IMG/VR virus record: IMGVR_UViG_3300034151_000064
Location: 1-24,214 of that record
Length of the DNA: 24,214 nucleotides
DNA from: a virus
Taxonomy: Duplodnaviria; Caudoviricetes
Strand: one strand, 5' to 3'
Positions within the stretch are counted from its first letter, which is position 1. Every line of letters begins with the position of its first letter. The notes under the pieces are model-generated. The model was given only the letters and a program-made list of their open reading frames with translations. It ran no database searches and was not told the DNA's origin. Below are positions 1 through 9,308 of the stretch, piece after piece. Made by a program: the position numbers and the translations under genes.

Positions 1-132
1 GTCGAGCGCGAATTTTCGCAGAAAACCCAGGAAAATGGGCCAAAAACAGCGGAACCGCTTGAGTGTCGCCATTGAAGTGCAATTACTCCGTGGTGCGCTC
101 GTGGTGCTCCGCGGGATCCGCCGCGGTCTTGA

Positions 133-549
133 ATGGGTGATCAGGGGATCGATCACAAATTAACTATGGGTTTCCACGCTCCGCCATATGGACGCATTAC
201 CGATCACCCGCGATTAGGATCCACCGCGGCGGATGGGGCTAATGGTGCGTTTGATCTCGTGTCACCCGAGCCAGGATGGACACTCACGATCATTATTTCC
301 GATGGGCGGATCGCGGGTGAGCTCGGTGGGTGGGAGCATGTGAGCGTTCACGCTTACCGTGGCGGCAAGTCACGGATCCCCACGTGGAAAGAAATGAGTT
401 TTGTAAAGGGATTGTGTTGGGATCCTGACGATTGCGTGATGCAATTGCACCCATCGCAAAGTAATTACGTGAATACACATCCCCACGTTTTACACTTATG
501 GCGACCTATTGATCGTGAGATACCCACTCCACCCATTCATTTGGTGTAA
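133..549 (+). CDS. Conserved phage hypothetical protein (WEHVSV...PTW.EM..VK...HP...YVN.HP..LHLW family)
   Basis: 138-aa ORF with a His/Trp motif set I recognise from many phage hypothetical proteins; alternative ATG at 166; function unknown. Confidence 0.7.
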   Translation: MGDQGIDHKLTMGFHAPPYGRITDHPRLGSTAADGANGAFDLVSPEPGWTLTIIISDGRIAGELGGWEHVSVHAYRGGKSRIPTWKEMSFVKGLCWDPDDCVMQLHPSQSNYVNTHPHVLHLWRPIDREIPTPPIHLV

Positions 550-573
550 TTCAGTTACGAAGGGAGCACACAC

Positions 574-900
574 ATGCAATCGAGAATGGCGGTGATTACA
601 TTCATGGACGGCGGCGGGGGCTCGGTAGATAACACGCTTCCGAGTGGGCCCAATTACCCGAGCGGTGGGCCACTTCCCCCAGGGGCGATCACGCTTCCTG
701 TATTTCCGTTTGATCCCACGGTGCCCGATAACACGCTCCCAGGTGCCCCCACGCCAGGGACACCGCTTCCCACTCCGCCGCCCGTGCGGCCCTCACAACC
801 TATCGCCCCAGGCGGGCGGTTTATCGTGAAGTGGTTTGCGTGTCACGGGCTGATCTTAGTGCCCGATAACACGCTACCGCCCGCACCCGCCCCAAAGTAA
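574..900 (+). CDS. Pro-rich protein with three DNTLP repeats
   Basis: RBS AAGGGAG upstream of the ATG; 108 aa; stop lies 3 nt before the terminase small subunit ATG. Confidence 0.7.
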   Translation: MQSRMAVITFMDGGGGSVDNTLPSGPNYPSGGPLPPGAITLPVFPFDPTVPDNTLPGAPTPGTPLPTPPPVRPSQPIAPGGRFIVKWFACHGLILVPDNTLPPAPAPK

Positions 901-903
901 TAC

Positions 904-1395
904 ATGGGCAACCACAATAGCGGTAGACGCCCCGAGCCCACCGCTATGCGGCTCTTACGGGGTAATCCTGGCAAACGTCCGATTAACAAAGACGAGCCAC
1001 GGATTGCCCCCGCGGATCCGAGTTTTGATACTCCGCCCGCGGAGATCACCGCGGATATAGCGGCGGCGGGTGAGTGGGCCCGCATTGTGCCCTTGCTCCG
1101 TGTGAGCGGGCTTATTAGTCAAAGTGAGCGGGCGGCTTTAGTCGCACTCTGCCAGCAATGGAGCCGCTATCTTGCCGCCCATGCCCAAGTGCAAGAGCTC
1201 GGGATGGTGATCGAGAATACCAAGGGCGGGCTATCGACCAATCCGTATTTGGAAGTGGCGGATCGAGCTCTCGGACATTGCCACCGCCTATGGCATGAGC
1301 TCGGGCTCACCCCGAGCGGAAGAGCCAGGGCCACAAAGTTACAAGCCACACCAGAGCCCGATAAAACAAGCAAATGGGCGGGGCTTTTGAAATGA
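904..1395 (+). CDS. terS: Terminase small subunit, P27 family
   Basis: N-terminal GRRPEPT..R.L.GNPGKRPIN..EP and C-terminal NPY...ELGLTPSGRAR signatures; directly upstream of TerL. Confidence 0.93.
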   Translation: MGNHNSGRRPEPTAMRLLRGNPGKRPINKDEPRIAPADPSFDTPPAEITADIAAAGEWARIVPLLRVSGLISQSERAALVALCQQWSRYLAAHAQVQELGMVIENTKGGLSTNPYLEVADRALGHCHRLWHELGLTPSGRARATKLQATPEPDKTSKWAGLLK

Positions 1396-1487
1396 CGTTA
1401 GATCGGTGGCGTGGCACATTAGGCCCGCTCGGGTGGCTTACTCGGAAGTGGGATGTATTAGTGCTTCGCTGGACATTCCGTAGATAA
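1392..1487 (+). CDS. Possible 31-aa Trp/Arg-rich peptide (MTLDRWRGTLGPLGWLTRKWDVLVLRWTFRR)
   Basis: ATGA overlap with the terS stop suggests translational coupling; it fills most of the terS-terL gap; below the ORF-track size cutoff. Confidence 0.4.
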   Translation: MTLDRWRGTLGPLGWLTRKWDVLVLRWTFRR

Positions 1488-1536
1488 TAGGCGGGCCCGC
1501 GATGGGGCCACACTCCGAGTAATAGAACGGGGCCCC

Positions 1537-3081
1537 GTGATGCCGCGGGCCATTTCCACCGCCACACAAAAAGTAAAGCTGATTAATCAGCTAACACACA
1601 CCAAGGGCCCTTTTGCGGGCCAACCCTTCCGCTTGCGACGATGGCAAGAGCAACGCATTATCCGCCCCTTATTCGCCACGGATCCCGCCACGGGTTTACG
1701 CACCAAGCGGATGTGCTTATTAATGCTGCCGCGGAAAAATGGAAAAAGCGAATTAGCCGCCGCCCTGGCCATAGACGGATTGTTATTCGACGGGGAAATC
1801 GGGGCGGAAGTGTATTCCGCCGCCGCGGATAAAGATCAAGCGGGCTTGGTGTTTAACGTGGCGGCTCAGATGATCCGCAACGATCCCGAGCTCTATGCCG
1901 CATGTGAAATCGTAGATAGCCAAAAGCGAATTGTCCACCGAGCCACGGGCTCATTTTATCGGGCGATTAGTGCAGAGGCATATTCCAAACACGGGTTTTC
2001 GGCGAGTCGGATCATTTATGACGAGCTCCATTGTGCGCCCACTCGGGAATTGTGGGATGTGCTCACAAGCTCCACGGGGGCCCGAGCCCAACCACTTGTT
2101 ATCGGTATTTCCACCGCGGGTTTTGATCGTCACTCTATTTTGTGGGAGCTCTACACCCACGCGAAAAAAGTAGCGGAGCACCCCGACTTAGATCCGTCAT
2201 TCCTGCCGATTATTTATGAAGCCCCCACCGATGCGGATTGGACAAGCGAAAAAGTGTGGCGGGCATGTAATCCCGCTCTTGGGGATTTCCGATCACTGGA
2301 AGAGATGCGGATCGCGTGTGCCCGAGCTCGGGAAATTCCCGCCCAAGAGAACACATTCCGCCGTTTGTATTTGAACCAATGGACAGAGCAAGCAAGCCGA
2401 TGGATCACGATGCCCGCATGGGATGGGTGCCAGGGCGAAATCGAGCGGGCCACGCTCAAAGGGCGGCGGTGCTATGTGGGGCTCGATTTGTCCACCACGA
2501 CGGACCTTACCGCGGCGGTGGCGGTATTCCCGAGCTCGGATGGCTTTGACGTATTAGCCCACTTTTTCATGCCCGCCGAGCGGATCCCGCTCCGAGTCAC
2601 ACGGGATCGTGTGCCATACGATCAATGGGTGAAAGAGGGGTGGCTTACCGCGATCCCTGGCCCCGTGATCGATTACGAGCGGGTAAGGGCGGTGCTCCAA
2701 GGGTGGGATCAGGAATTTGACGTAAAGATCCTGGCATACGATCCGTGGAATGCCACCGATCTGATTTCCCGCTTAGAAAAAGATGATGGCTTCACGTGCG
2801 TGAAAGTGCGCCAGGGCTTTGCCAGTCTCACCGCCCCGAGTAAAGCATTTGAAACCGCGGTGCTCTCCAAGCGGCTCCACCATAATGGCGATCCCGTGCT
2901 CCGTTGGAATGTCGCTAACGTGAGCGTGGAAACCGATGATGTCGGGAATATCCGCCCGAGTAAGAAAGCCAGCACGGAGCGGATCGACGGGGTGATCGGG
3001 CTCATCCTGGCCATTGATGCCATGGATCGCCACGATCACACCCCGCCGCCGTCCTATCAGATGATGGTGTTTGGGGCATGA
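1537..3081 (+). CDS. terL: Terminase large subunit (Terminase_1 / HK97-like)
   Basis: Walker A LPRKNGKS, Walker B RIIYDELH, motif III ISTAG, nuclease motifs GLDLS, YDPWNA and ERIDG; start is GTG 1537 or ATG 1540. Confidence 0.97.
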   Translation: MMPRAISTATQKVKLINQLTHTKGPFAGQPFRLRRWQEQRIIRPLFATDPATGLRTKRMCLLMLPRKNGKSELAAALAIDGLLFDGEIGAEVYSAAADKDQAGLVFNVAAQMIRNDPELYAACEIVDSQKRIVHRATGSFYRAISAEAYSKHGFSASRIIYDELHCAPTRELWDVLTSSTGARAQPLVIGISTAGFDRHSILWELYTHAKKVAEHPDLDPSFLPIIYEAPTDADWTSEKVWRACNPALGDFRSLEEMRIACARAREIPAQENTFRRLYLNQWTEQASRWITMPAWDGCQGEIERATLKGRRCYVGLDLSTTTDLTAAVAVFPSSDGFDVLAHFFMPAERIPLRVTRDRVPYDQWVKEGWLTAIPGPVIDYERVRAVLQGWDQEFDVKILAYDPWNATDLISRLEKDDGFTCVKVRQGFASLTAPSKAFETAVLSKRLHHNGDPVLRWNVANVSVETDDVGNIRPSKKASTERIDGVIGLILAIDAMDRHDHTPPPSYQMMVFGA

Positions 3082-3266
3082 AGCGATCACGTGGACGCCC
3101 ACCGCTGGATCCCACGGATCGATCCGTCAAACTCTGTATTACCTTACCGCTCCGCCAATTTGACGGCTACTGTAGTAAAGCCTTACGGGAAGCCGTGAGT
3201 ATTCCCGAGATCATCCGCCGAGAGCTCCGCGGGAATAAAGCACTACAAATTACCCGCCCCAAGTAA
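3078..3266 (+). CDS. Small ribbon-helix-helix (CopG/Arc-like) DNA-binding protein
   Basis: ATGA overlap with terL; basic RGRPP arm, beta-strand VKLCITLP, then helices ending SIPEIIRREL. Confidence 0.6.
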   Translation: MKRSRGRPPLDPTDRSVKLCITLPLRQFDGYCSKALREAVSIPEIIRRELRGNKALQITRPK

Positions 3267-3287
3267 TGCCCGCGATACTGGCCCGCG

Positions 3288-5153
3288 GTGATTACCCACG
3301 CCCACGCTCTTTTTGAAATTAAATCCGTTGATACCGAGCTCCGCACCATTACGGGGATCGCCACCACACCCACCCCTGATCGGATGGGGGATGTATTAGA
3401 TCCGCTCGGAGCCACATTTACCAATCCGCTTCCGCTCTTACTCCACCACGATACGCACCGCCCCGTTGGGAAAGTCACATTAGGCAAAGCCACCGCCGCG
3501 GGGATCCCATTTACGGCGGAGCTCCCGATCATTACGGATGCGGGCCCGCTCCGTGATCGTGTGGAAGAGGCATGGCAAAGCATTAAAGCGGGATTGCTCC
3601 GCGGGGTGAGTGTCGGCTATCGAGTGCTCACCGATGGGATCAAACCCCTAGTGGGCGGGCGGGCACGGCTCACCAAAACCGAATTAGTGGAGCTCTCACT
3701 CGTGGCGGTGCCCGCGAATATGGACGCCACGATCCGCACGGTCAAATCATTAGACGCACCACATAGAGCCGCGATTGGCTCCGCCCATCCGCCCCGCGAT
3801 AGGGGCAAGCCCACGGGGCCAGCCATGACACTTCAAGAAAAAATTGCGACGTTTGAAAACTCCCGAGCCGCGAAAGTGGCCCGCATTAACGCCATTACGG
3901 AAACCGCGGGCACCGATACCACATTGGACGATGTGCAACGGGCGGAAATGGATGAGCTCACCATGGACGTAAAAGGGATCGATAGTGATCTCATGCGGTT
4001 CCATGAATTGGAGCGGCTCAATACTTCCGCGGCCACCCGCGTGGAAGGCGTCACGGGCACCAAAGCCGCCGCCGATGTGCGGAGCGGCGGGCATACGGTG
4101 AGCGTCCGAGATAACGCACCCAAGGGGCAAGCGTTCATCCGCTCCGTGATGACACTTGTGCAAGCCAAGGGTGATTCTTTCCGCGCTATGGAGCTCGGGA
4201 AGCAATACCGCGATCCCAATGTGGAGCTCTTGATCAAAGCCGCGGTGGCCCCTGGCACCACGTTAGATCCCGCATGGGCCCAAGCCCTTGTGCAGATTAA
4301 TGCCCTTACGGGGGAATTTATCGATCTAGCCCGCCCCGCCACGATCCTGGGGAAGATTCCAGGGCTTACCAAAGTGCCCTTTAACACCCAGGTTCCCATT
4401 CAAACGGGCGGCGGGACGTATAAGTGGGTGGGGCAAGCGAAAGCCAAGCCCGTGGGTAAGCTCACGTTTGGCACCGCCACTCTTGGCATGGCCAAAGCCG
4501 CGGGCATTATCGTGCTCACGGAAGAGCTCATCAAAACATCCACACCAAACGCGGAAGAGATTGTCAGGCGGGATATGGTGCGGGGGATCGCAGCGTTTCT
4601 CGATCAGCAATTCACAGATCCCACCGTGGCGGAAGTCGCCCAAACGTCACCCGCGTCAATTACCAATGGAGCCACCACCGCGGCATCCTTGGACGATCCG
4701 AAAAAAGATCTCGGGCTCATCGTGGGGCATTTCACCACCCAAAATCTGCCATTGGAAGAGCTCACGATCATCATGAGCCAGACCAATGCTTACGCGATGG
4801 GGCTCTCGGTGAATGCCTTGGGAATGCCGCTCTATCCTGGGGTGGGCGTGAATGGCGGGAATGCTAACGGGCTCACGGTGATCGCGTCCAATGTAGTCGG
4901 CCAAAACGTGATCGCCCTGGCTCCCGAATATATCCTTTACGCCGATGATGGCGGGGTGGCCATAGATGTATCGCGGGAAGCCACATTGCAAATGAATGAT
5001 GCCCCCGTTAATCCCGCGGATCCCGCGACAACCGTGTGGACAAACATGTTTCAAGATAATTTGGTGGCTCTCCGAGCGGAGCGGTTTATCAATTGGAAGA
5101 GAGCCACCGCTAACGCCGTGTATTACCTCACGGGTGCGGTATACGCGATCTAA
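3288..5153 (+). CDS. Prohead protease (HK97-family, S78) fused to HK97-fold major capsid protein
   Basis: N-terminal ~160 aa has DRMGD, LLLHHD (His), GVSVGY (Ser) and ELSLVAVPAN; then a coiled-coil delta/scaffold region; the capsid domain ends in MFQDNLVALRAERFINW. Confidence 0.93.
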   Translation: MITHAHALFEIKSVDTELRTITGIATTPTPDRMGDVLDPLGATFTNPLPLLLHHDTHRPVGKVTLGKATAAGIPFTAELPIITDAGPLRDRVEEAWQSIKAGLLRGVSVGYRVLTDGIKPLVGGRARLTKTELVELSLVAVPANMDATIRTVKSLDAPHRAAIGSAHPPRDRGKPTGPAMTLQEKIATFENSRAAKVARINAITETAGTDTTLDDVQRAEMDELTMDVKGIDSDLMRFHELERLNTSAATRVEGVTGTKAAADVRSGGHTVSVRDNAPKGQAFIRSVMTLVQAKGDSFRAMELGKQYRDPNVELLIKAAVAPGTTLDPAWAQALVQINALTGEFIDLARPATILGKIPGLTKVPFNTQVPIQTGGGTYKWVGQAKAKPVGKLTFGTATLGMAKAAGIIVLTEELIKTSTPNAEEIVRRDMVRGIAAFLDQQFTDPTVAEVAQTSPASITNGATTAASLDDPKKDLGLIVGHFTTQNLPLEELTIIMSQTNAYAMGLSVNALGMPLYPGVGVNGGNANGLTVIASNVVGQNVIALAPEYILYADDGGVAIDVSREATLQMNDAPVNPADPATTVWTNMFQDNLVALRAERFINWKRATANAVYYLTGAVYAI

Positions 5154-5159
5154 TGAGCA

Positions 5160-5196
5160 GGGCCCCGCGGGAGTAATCCCCGTGGGGCTCTCTTTC
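5160..5196 (+). terminator. Probable partial intrinsic terminator after the capsid gene
   Basis: GC-rich stem GGGCCCCGCGGGA-GTAA-TCCCCGTGGGGCTC (GNRA loop, one bulge) followed by a short TCTTT tract, between the capsid stop and the portal start. Confidence 0.55.
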
Positions 5197-5204
5197 CCAC
5201 CCCT

Positions 5205-6608
5205 ATGCGATTACGGCTCTTTGGTAAATACGAAGTCACGCTAGGGAAAGCCGCCCGCGGGCTTTCGCCGCTCTCCCGTGGCTCGGGCGGGTGGTATCCC
5301 ATGGTGGTGCGGGAGCCCTTCCAAGGGGCATGGCAGCAAAACCAAGAGATCAGCGGGGATACCGCCCTGTCCTATTTCGCGGTGTTTGCGTGTGTCACGC
5401 TGATCGCCGCGGATGTGGCCAAATTACAATTGCGGCTCGTGGAAGTAGACGATAACGGCATATGGCGGGAAACCACCAACCCCGCATACTCCCCCGTTCT
5501 CCGGAAGCCCAACCGCTACCAAACGATTGTGAAATTTATCGAGCAATGGATTACGTCCAAGCTCGTGCATGGCAATACCTATGTGTTGAAAGAGCGGGAT
5601 CAGCGGGGCATGGTGCGGGCTCTCTATGTGCTCGATCCCACTCGGGTGGTGCCGCTCGTGGCCCCCGATGGTGCGGTGTATTACGAGCTCCGCCGCGATG
5701 ATCTCTCAGGGATCGCCCCCAACGGGGCCCCCGTGACCGTGCCCGCGAGTGAAATTATCCACGACATGATGATCCCGCTTTTCCACCCCTTGATCGGGGT
5801 GAGCCCGTTATATGCGTGTGGGCTCTCGGCATTGCAAGGGCTCACCATGCAAACCACGAGCAATAAATTTTTCGCGGGCGGTGCGGCCCCTGGCGGAGTG
5901 CTCACCGCCCCAGGGGCGATAGCCGATGACACCGCAAAGCGGCTCAAAGAGTATTGGGATCAAAACTTCACGGGGGCCAACGTGGGGAAAGTGGCGGTGC
6001 TCGGGGATGGCTTGAAATACGAGCCACTCACCGTGAATGCCGCCGATTCCCAATTGATCGAGCAATTACGGTGGACAGCGGAAACGATTTGCTCGTGCTA
6101 TCACGTGCCCGCGTTTAAGGTGGGTGTGGGCCCACACCCGCCATATAACAACGTGGAGCCCTTAAACCAACAGTATTACTCTGACTGTATACAAAGTCTC
6201 TTACGGTCATTGGAAACCGTCTTAGATGAGGGCTTGGGATTAGATGGCACGGATTACGGCACCGAGTTTGACGTAGACGATCTGATCTGGCTCGATACCG
6301 CGACAAAAACGAAAGCCGCGGCGGATGCAATTGGCTCGGGGGCCATGGCTCCGAATGAAGCCCGCAAAAAATGGTATGGGCTCGGGCCCGTGAAGGGTGG
6401 CGATACCCCATACATGCAGATTCAGAACTACTCGCTTGGGGCCCTGGCGGAGCGTGACAAACACGCCCCGTTAGCCGCACCGCCCGCCCCCGAGCCGCCG
6501 CCGCCCGAGCTCCCGCCCGCGGATGATGATGAGGGCACCAAAGAGCTCACGGCGTTTACGTGGGCATTACTTCGCAAAGATTGGAGCGGGATCGCCAATG
6601 CCCTTTGA
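5205..6608 (+). CDS. Portal protein, HK97 family
   Basis: AVFACVTLIAADVAKL, LRKPNRYQT, HGNTYV, GVSPL, NVGKVAVLGDGLKY and PNEAR motifs; Pro/acidic C-terminal tail. Confidence 0.96.
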   Translation: MRLRLFGKYEVTLGKAARGLSPLSRGSGGWYPMVVREPFQGAWQQNQEISGDTALSYFAVFACVTLIAADVAKLQLRLVEVDDNGIWRETTNPAYSPVLRKPNRYQTIVKFIEQWITSKLVHGNTYVLKERDQRGMVRALYVLDPTRVVPLVAPDGAVYYELRRDDLSGIAPNGAPVTVPASEIIHDMMIPLFHPLIGVSPLYACGLSALQGLTMQTTSNKFFAGGAAPGGVLTAPGAIADDTAKRLKEYWDQNFTGANVGKVAVLGDGLKYEPLTVNAADSQLIEQLRWTAETICSCYHVPAFKVGVGPHPPYNNVEPLNQQYYSDCIQSLLRSLETVLDEGLGLDGTDYGTEFDVDDLIWLDTATKTKAAADAIGSGAMAPNEARKKWYGLGPVKGGDTPYMQIQNYSLGALAERDKHAPLAAPPAPEPPPPELPPADDDEGTKELTAFTWALLRKDWSGIANAL

Positions 6609-7089
6609 TGCCGCGGCCATGGCGGAAGTAGTGGAAGCGGTGATCAAATCCGCCCTGGCTCCGCTCGTGGCTAGGGTGAAAGCCCTTGAAGCCCACCCGC
6701 CCGCGGATCTCGGGGATGTGCGGGAGCGGATCGCCACATTGGAAGCCCACAAGCCCGAGCCAGGGCCCGCGGGGCCCATCGGGGAAAAAGGGGCGGATGG
6801 GGTGGGCGTCACCGATTACAGCGTGGACTATGACGGGGAGCGAACATTTACCCATAAGTGGAGCTCGGGCGGGGAAATCCAGCAAATGCAATTCCGCACC
6901 CCGTTGGCCATCTTCCAAGGGGTGTATGTAGACGGGAAGATTTACGAGCGTGGGGATCTCGTGACCGTCAACGGCTCCATGTATCACGCTAACGTGGACA
7001 CTACCGCCCGCCCTGGCAATGGCTCCAAAGATTGGACGTTAGCGGTAAAGCGGGGCAAGGATGATCGCGGGGGCCCATGGCCGCGGTAA
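6598..7089 (+). CDS. Head-associated protein: coiled coil, short collagen-like G-X-Y stretch and C-terminal carbohydrate-binding-module-like domain
   Basis: Likely start ATG 6598 (GGAG upstream, overlaps portal end) rather than 6523; GPAGPIGEKGADG; Y.RGDLVT.NGS.YHA...T.ARPG.GS.DW.LAVKRG.DD. Confidence 0.7.
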   Translation: MPFDAAAMAEVVEAVIKSALAPLVARVKALEAHPPADLGDVRERIATLEAHKPEPGPAGPIGEKGADGVGVTDYSVDYDGERTFTHKWSSGGEIQQMQFRTPLAIFQGVYVDGKIYERGDLVTVNGSMYHANVDTTARPGNGSKDWTLAVKRGKDDRGGPWPR

Positions 7090-7388
7090 TTACCCTCACG
7101 GAAGCCAAAACCCAGTTACGTATTACGGATGCGTGGCACGACACCGAGATCCAAGCCGCGGTGGATGCCGCGGACGCCATGATCCGCAAATACATCAAGA
7201 GCTCCGATGATCCCACGTGGGATGAGACTACCGCCCCCGCCGATATTAAACACGCCGTCAAACTGATGACGGCTCACGTATACGAGCACCGCGGGGATGC
7301 TTTCGGGCCCGATCAAGATAACGATGATCGCGTGTGGATGGCGGTGGCTAATGTGCTCCGTATGTGGCGGGATCCCGCCCTGGCCTAA
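7077..7388 (+). CDS. Head-tail connector (HK97 gp6 / SPP1 gp15-like)
   Basis: ITLTEAKTQLRI...D.EI and IKHAVKLMTAHVYEHRG signatures. Confidence 0.9.
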   Translation: MAAVITLTEAKTQLRITDAWHDTEIQAAVDAADAMIRKYIKSSDDPTWDETTAPADIKHAVKLMTAHVYEHRGDAFGPDQDNDDRVWMAVANVLRMWRDPALA

Positions 7389-7726
7389 TGGCAATCGGGG
7401 ATTATCGCCACCGTGGCGTCTTTCAGGATCCCGCCACTATGGTGCCCGATGGTGAGGGCGGATGGATCGAAGGGTGGACAGATCTGGTCCCACCCGATTG
7501 GCCCGTGAGCATTACCCCCGCCACGGCTCGGGATATGGAGCGGATCGCGGGCGGCACCGTGATTACATCCGCCACCCATGTAATCGAAGGGCGGTGGCGG
7601 CCCGATGTGAGCACCAAAACGCGGGTGCTCTTTGAGGGGCGGATCTTTCACATTACATCGATCATCAACGTGGAAGAGCGGGATATTACCATGCGGCTCG
7701 TGGTGGAAGAGCAAATCGGGGGCTAA
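7388..7726 (+). CDS. Head closure / head-tail adaptor (SPP1 gp16-like)
   Basis: TAATG coupling gives start 7388; IG..RHR, DGEGG...W and RVLFEGRIFHITSIINVEER patterns; position in the module. Confidence 0.85.
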   Translation: MAIGDYRHRGVFQDPATMVPDGEGGWIEGWTDLVPPDWPVSITPATARDMERIAGGTVITSATHVIEGRWRPDVSTKTRVLFEGRIFHITSIINVEERDITMRLVVEEQIGG

Positions 7727-8110
7727 ATGTCTTTCCGCTTCACGATAGATGGGATCGATGATTTCCGAGATCTTCCAAGTAATATCGCCGCCCAAGCGGG
7801 CCCGCTCACCAAAGCCGCGGCGGAGCGGGCGAAAGCCGCGGTGGTGGCCGCGTATCCACGGGTAACGGGGCGATTACAAGATGGGGTAATTATCGTGCCC
7901 GCGGCATCCTTTACGGAAGCGGTGCAAGGGTATTACGTGATCACCACCGCCCACCATGCCACGCCGTATGAATTTGGTTCCACCAAGCACAATATCCGCC
8001 CGCGGCCCACGTTTTTGCCGATTATGAAGCGGGAGCGGCAAGCCCACGTGAATGGGCTCGTGGAGATTGTCAAAGGGGCGGGCTTTATTGTCACGGGGGA
8101 TGATACCTAA
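7727..8110 (+). CDS. HK97 gp10-like neck protein
   Basis: P.VTGRL, YEFGS and PRPTFLP motifs; synteny. Confidence 0.75.
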   Translation: MSFRFTIDGIDDFRDLPSNIAAQAGPLTKAAAERAKAAVVAAYPRVTGRLQDGVIIVPAASFTEAVQGYYVITTAHHATPYEFGSTKHNIRPRPTFLPIMKRERQAHVNGLVEIVKGAGFIVTGDDT

Positions 8111-8550
8111 TGCCCGTGGTGATTGGGGATCTCTCCGAGATAGACACGGCGATATTTACCACCCTGGCCAATGACGCCACATTACAAGGGTTGTGCCCTG
8201 GCGGGGTGTTTTGGGATGTGGCTAACGGGGCGGAGAAATTTGTATTACTCTCACGGAGCCCTGAGATTGAATATGCCAATGCGTTGGGTAATGCCGATGG
8301 GTGGCTCCGTGTCACGTATACCGCGAAAGCGGTGATTAAATCCGCCAGTGTGGTGGCGTCCAATAATGCCGCCATGCGGATTCACGAGCTCTTACACCGC
8401 GGCTTGCAAGATCTCACGGCGGGCAATTACAGCGTGATGAATATCGAGCGAACAATTCCCGTGCGATACACGGAAGTGGATCCCCAAAATACCGCCGCAC
8501 GATGGCAGCACCACGGCGGGCAATACGAAGTAATGGTGTGCCCAATTTAG
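8110..8550 (+). CDS. Probable tail terminator / tail completion protein
   Basis: TAATG coupling; AIFTTLANDATL..L.PGGVFWD.A resembles DUF3168-type proteins; directly before the tail tube gene. Confidence 0.65.
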   Translation: MPVVIGDLSEIDTAIFTTLANDATLQGLCPGGVFWDVANGAEKFVLLSRSPEIEYANALGNADGWLRVTYTAKAVIKSASVVASNNAAMRIHELLHRGLQDLTAGNYSVMNIERTIPVRYTEVDPQNTAARWQHHGGQYEVMVCPI

Positions 8551-8567
8551 TAAAAGGGTGGTGATGT

Positions 8568-8981
8568 ATGGCACGGCGGCACGGATCAAAGGGTAGCGTG
8601 TTAATGGATCCCACGGGAGCACCCACCACACCCGTGGTGGTGGCGTCCATGAACGGGTGGACACTCGATCTTGCCAGGGATAAAGTGGACGTTACCGCGT
8701 TTGGCGATTCCTTCAAACAATACGTGCAAGGGCTCCCCGATATTAAGGGCACGATTAAGGGATGGTGGGATGCTGCCGCAAGCCGCCCGCTCTTTGATGC
8801 CGCTCTCGGGGAAGTAGCGGTCTTTCTGAAGCTCATCCCGAGCGAATTAGATCCCACGTATTTTTTCTCGGGCCCCGCCTATCTCGATGCCTCAATTGAA
8901 GTGGCCGCGGATGGGGCGGTGAGTATCAGCGGGAACTATGCGGGAGCGGGCGATTGGTCCGTGGATCCCGCCACCCCATAA
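8568..8981 (+). CDS. Major tail tube protein
   Basis: 137 aa; W.LDLARDKVDVTAFGD..KQYVQGL.D..GTI.GWWD pattern of siphophage tail tube proteins. Confidence 0.85.
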   Translation: MARRHGSKGSVLMDPTGAPTTPVVVASMNGWTLDLARDKVDVTAFGDSFKQYVQGLPDIKGTIKGWWDAAASRPLFDAALGEVAVFLKLIPSELDPTYFFSGPAYLDASIEVAADGAVSISGNYAGAGDWSVDPATP

Positions 8982-8990
8982 AGCGGGAGC

Positions 8991-9308
8991 ATGATCCGCG
9001 GCATCGTGGGCCACGTGAAGTGGCATTACTACACCGCGGCGGCTATTAACGGCTATACCGTCACCCGCGCCAAGGGTGGCGGGCTCTCGTTAGTGGCCAC
9101 GGTAGTAATGCGGGATGCGTTCAAATTAGCGCAGCGGCCCTTAACGTTTGAAGCCCCGCATAAAAACGGGGTGTGGAAATGGCCAATCGTGAGCCACGAG
9201 CTCCACGAGAGTGGGCGGCTCGTGGCCACGCTCGGGCCCGAGTTACCCACGAGCCCCGAGTGGGGGCCACCAAAGGATTTATGTCTCGATTTCTCAAACC
9301 CGAAATAG
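8991..9308 (+). CDS. Hypothetical tail-module protein
   Basis: RBS GGGAG; 105 aa, beta-rich; between tail tube and chaperone genes. Confidence 0.6.
   Translation: MIRGIVGHVKWHYYTAAAINGYTVTRAKGGGLSLVATVVMRDAFKLAQRPLTFEAPHKNGVWKWPIVSHELHESGRLVATLGPELPTSPEWGPPKDLCLDFSNPK

Noticed and set aside
6478-6530. CCG-rich repeat near the portal 3' end
   Set aside because: It simply encodes a Pro-rich linker (PPAPEPPPPELPP).
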